From a virus (taxonomy: Duplodnaviria; Heunggongvirae; Uroviricota; Caudoviricetes), in IMG/VR virus record IMGVR_UViG_2529292919_000020: a stretch of 15,934 nucleotides of DNA, one strand, 5' to 3'. Made by a program: the position numbers and the translations under genes. A model generated the notes under the pieces. It ran no database searches, was not told where the DNA came from, and was given only the letters and a program-made list of their open reading frames with translations. The first letter of the stretch is position 1. Each line of letters opens with the position of its first letter. Shown here piece by piece: positions 14,474-15,934 of this stretch.

Positions 14474-15934
14474 TTATTCATCTTTCGGCGCAGAATGCTG
14501 GCGACCAAAAATCACCTCCATCCGCGCACCGCCCAGCATGCTCTCTCCGGCGACGATTTTACCCTCATATTGCTCGGTGATTTCGCGGGCTACGGCCAGC
14601 CCCACACCTTGCCCAGGGCGTAAAGTATCAACCCGTTGACCACGGTCGAAAATGACCTCTCGCTTGCTTAATGGAATACCGGGGCCATCATCCTCGACCA
14701 CAATATAGAGATGCTCGTCGGTTTGCCTTGCAGAAATTTCGACAAACTCGAGGCAATATTTACAGGCGTTATCCAGCACGTTGCCCATCACTTCGACAAA
14801 ATCATTCTGCTCACCAACAAAGCTGATTTCTGGCGAGATATCGAGATAGATATTGACCCCTTTGCGTTGATACACTTTGTTCAGCGCCGAGGTGAGATTG
14901 TCCAACAGTGGGGCGACCGGATGCAGCTCGCGGCTAAGCAATGTCCCGCCGCGCATACTGGCACGATGCAGGTAGTAGCCAATTTGCTGTGAAATGCGGC
15001 TGATTTGCTCCAGCATTACCGGCTCAGCATCACTGACGCTCATCTTCTCACTACGCAGAGAACGCAGCGTACTTTGCAGCACCGCCAGTGGTGTTTTCAG
15101 ACTATGGGTCAGGTCGGTGAGCGTCGTACGATATTTGTCGTAACGTTCGCGTTCACTTTTTAACAGTCGGTTCAGGTTTCGTACCAGACTGGTCAGTTCT
15201 CGCGTTGTGGCTGGATTGAGCAATTCACGGTTATGTTCTTCCAGTTCGCGGACTTCTTTTGCCAGGGCTTCGATGGGGCGTAAACTCCACCAGGCGGCGA
15301 CCCACAGCAGCGGGATCACTAACAGCAGATTGGCTGAGAGCACATAGATAAACCAGCTCCAGACCATATAGGAACTTTTTAGCTCCACCGGAATGGTATC
15401 CACCACCACAATGGTTAACTTTGGCATCCGCGATGTTGCCGGGTAGACGTTTACCGCCACCGAGTGGGTCATCTCCGCGTCGTCATCATCTTCCCGCACT
15501 TCCTGCAACTGTTGCTGTATCGAATGATCTCCACTCAGCAAGAGGCTGGTATCGTTAACATCCGCTTCAATTTCATGAAAACCATTCGATTTCAGCCAGT
15601 CAGGCTGGATCATCTTCATCAGCCAGGGCACGTCACGTTGCGCCCATAAAAGCTGCCCGTTCTCATCATAAATTAGTGTCATCGTGGGGCTTTGCTTGTC
15701 GATATTTTCGGGTAACTCGACATGCAACTTATTGTTTTCCCACTTCGCAAGGGTATAGAACAGATTGCTCTCGCCACGTAACAGCCGAAACGTGGTTTTA
15801 TCGAAACTGACGCTATAACCGATCAGCGCAACCATTCCGTAGGCAAGCGAAAGCACCAATACTACTGCTGCCGTTGCTAACAGAAAACGTACCCGCAGCG
15901 AGAGCGGGAAAAAAAGATGCAGTAATTTTTTCAT
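14474..15934 (-). CDS. phoQ: Sensor histidine kinase PhoQ (PhoP/PhoQ two-component system)
   Basis: 486-aa ORF. From memory the sequence is near-identical to E. coli PhoQ ([76 protein letters not shown]... ending ...[10 protein letters not shown]). Periplasmic acidic patch EDDDDAE, HAMP, phosphoacceptor His in [12 protein letters not shown], and ATPase G-boxes. The start codon is at the window edge. Confidence 0.95.
   Translation of the reverse strand: MKKLLHLFFPLSLRVRFLLATAAVVLVLSLAYGMVALIGYSVSFDKTTFRLLRGESNLFYTLAKWENNKLHVELPENIDKQSPTMTLIYDENGQLLWAQRDVPWLMKMIQPDWLKSNGFHEIEADVNDTSLLLSGDHSIQQQLQEVREDDDDAEMTHSVAVNVYPATSRMPKLTIVVVDTIPVELKSSYMVWSWFIYVLSANLLLVIPLLWVAAWWSLRPIEALAKEVRELEEHNRELLNPATTRELTSLVRNLNRLLKSERERYDKYRTTLTDLTHSLKTPLAVLQSTLRSLRSEKMSVSDAEPVMLEQISRISQQIGYYLHRASMRGGTLLSRELHPVAPLLDNLTSALNKVYQRKGVNIYLDISPEISFVGEQNDFVEVMGNVLDNACKYCLEFVEISARQTDEHLYIVVEDDGPGIPLSKREVIFDRGQRVDTLRPGQGVGLAVAREITEQYEGKIVAGESMLGGARMEVIFGRQHSAPKDE

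Noticed and set aside
14439-14639. 66-aa plus-strand ORF
   Set aside because: It overlaps the 3' end of phoQ on the opposite strand. phoQ is strongly supported, so this is an antisense artefact.

Overview
This window looks like an integrated phage satellite / phage-inducible chromosomal island in an Escherichia-type chromosome, ending at the core gene phoQ (minus strand, 14474..15934). Reading left to right on the + strand: a P4-type tyrosine integrase (1..1230), an AlpA-family regulator (1606..1794), a short divergent regulatory unit with two identical 11-bp operators and an unlisted ribbon-helix-helix-like gene (2386..2565, minus), a run of small coupled ORFs leading into a 604-aa replication initiator with an SF3 helicase domain (3706..5520), an iteron origin built on the P4-type TGTTCACC motif (5531..5760), an SSB (6051..6476), a ProQ/FinO-domain protein (6513..7043), and then a complete head and packaging module: HK97-type major capsid, prohead protease, portal, gp6-like connector, HNH endonuclease, small and large terminase (7556..13552). 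I found no tail, baseplate, lysis or virion-injection genes, so the element appears to build and fill its own capsids but must take tails from a helper phage, which is the architecture of the recently described capsid-forming PICIs. The most unusual sequence-level signal is a GAACAA/TTGTTC unit phased at exactly 10 bp that occurs at three places: between int and alpA, upstream of the capsid operon, and in the right-end non-coding region. The ~630-bp non-coding stretch between the last island ORF and phoQ is dense with repeats and short hairpins and probably contains attR. All protein-family calls are from reading motifs by eye; no database search was run. The left boundary of the element lies outside the window.
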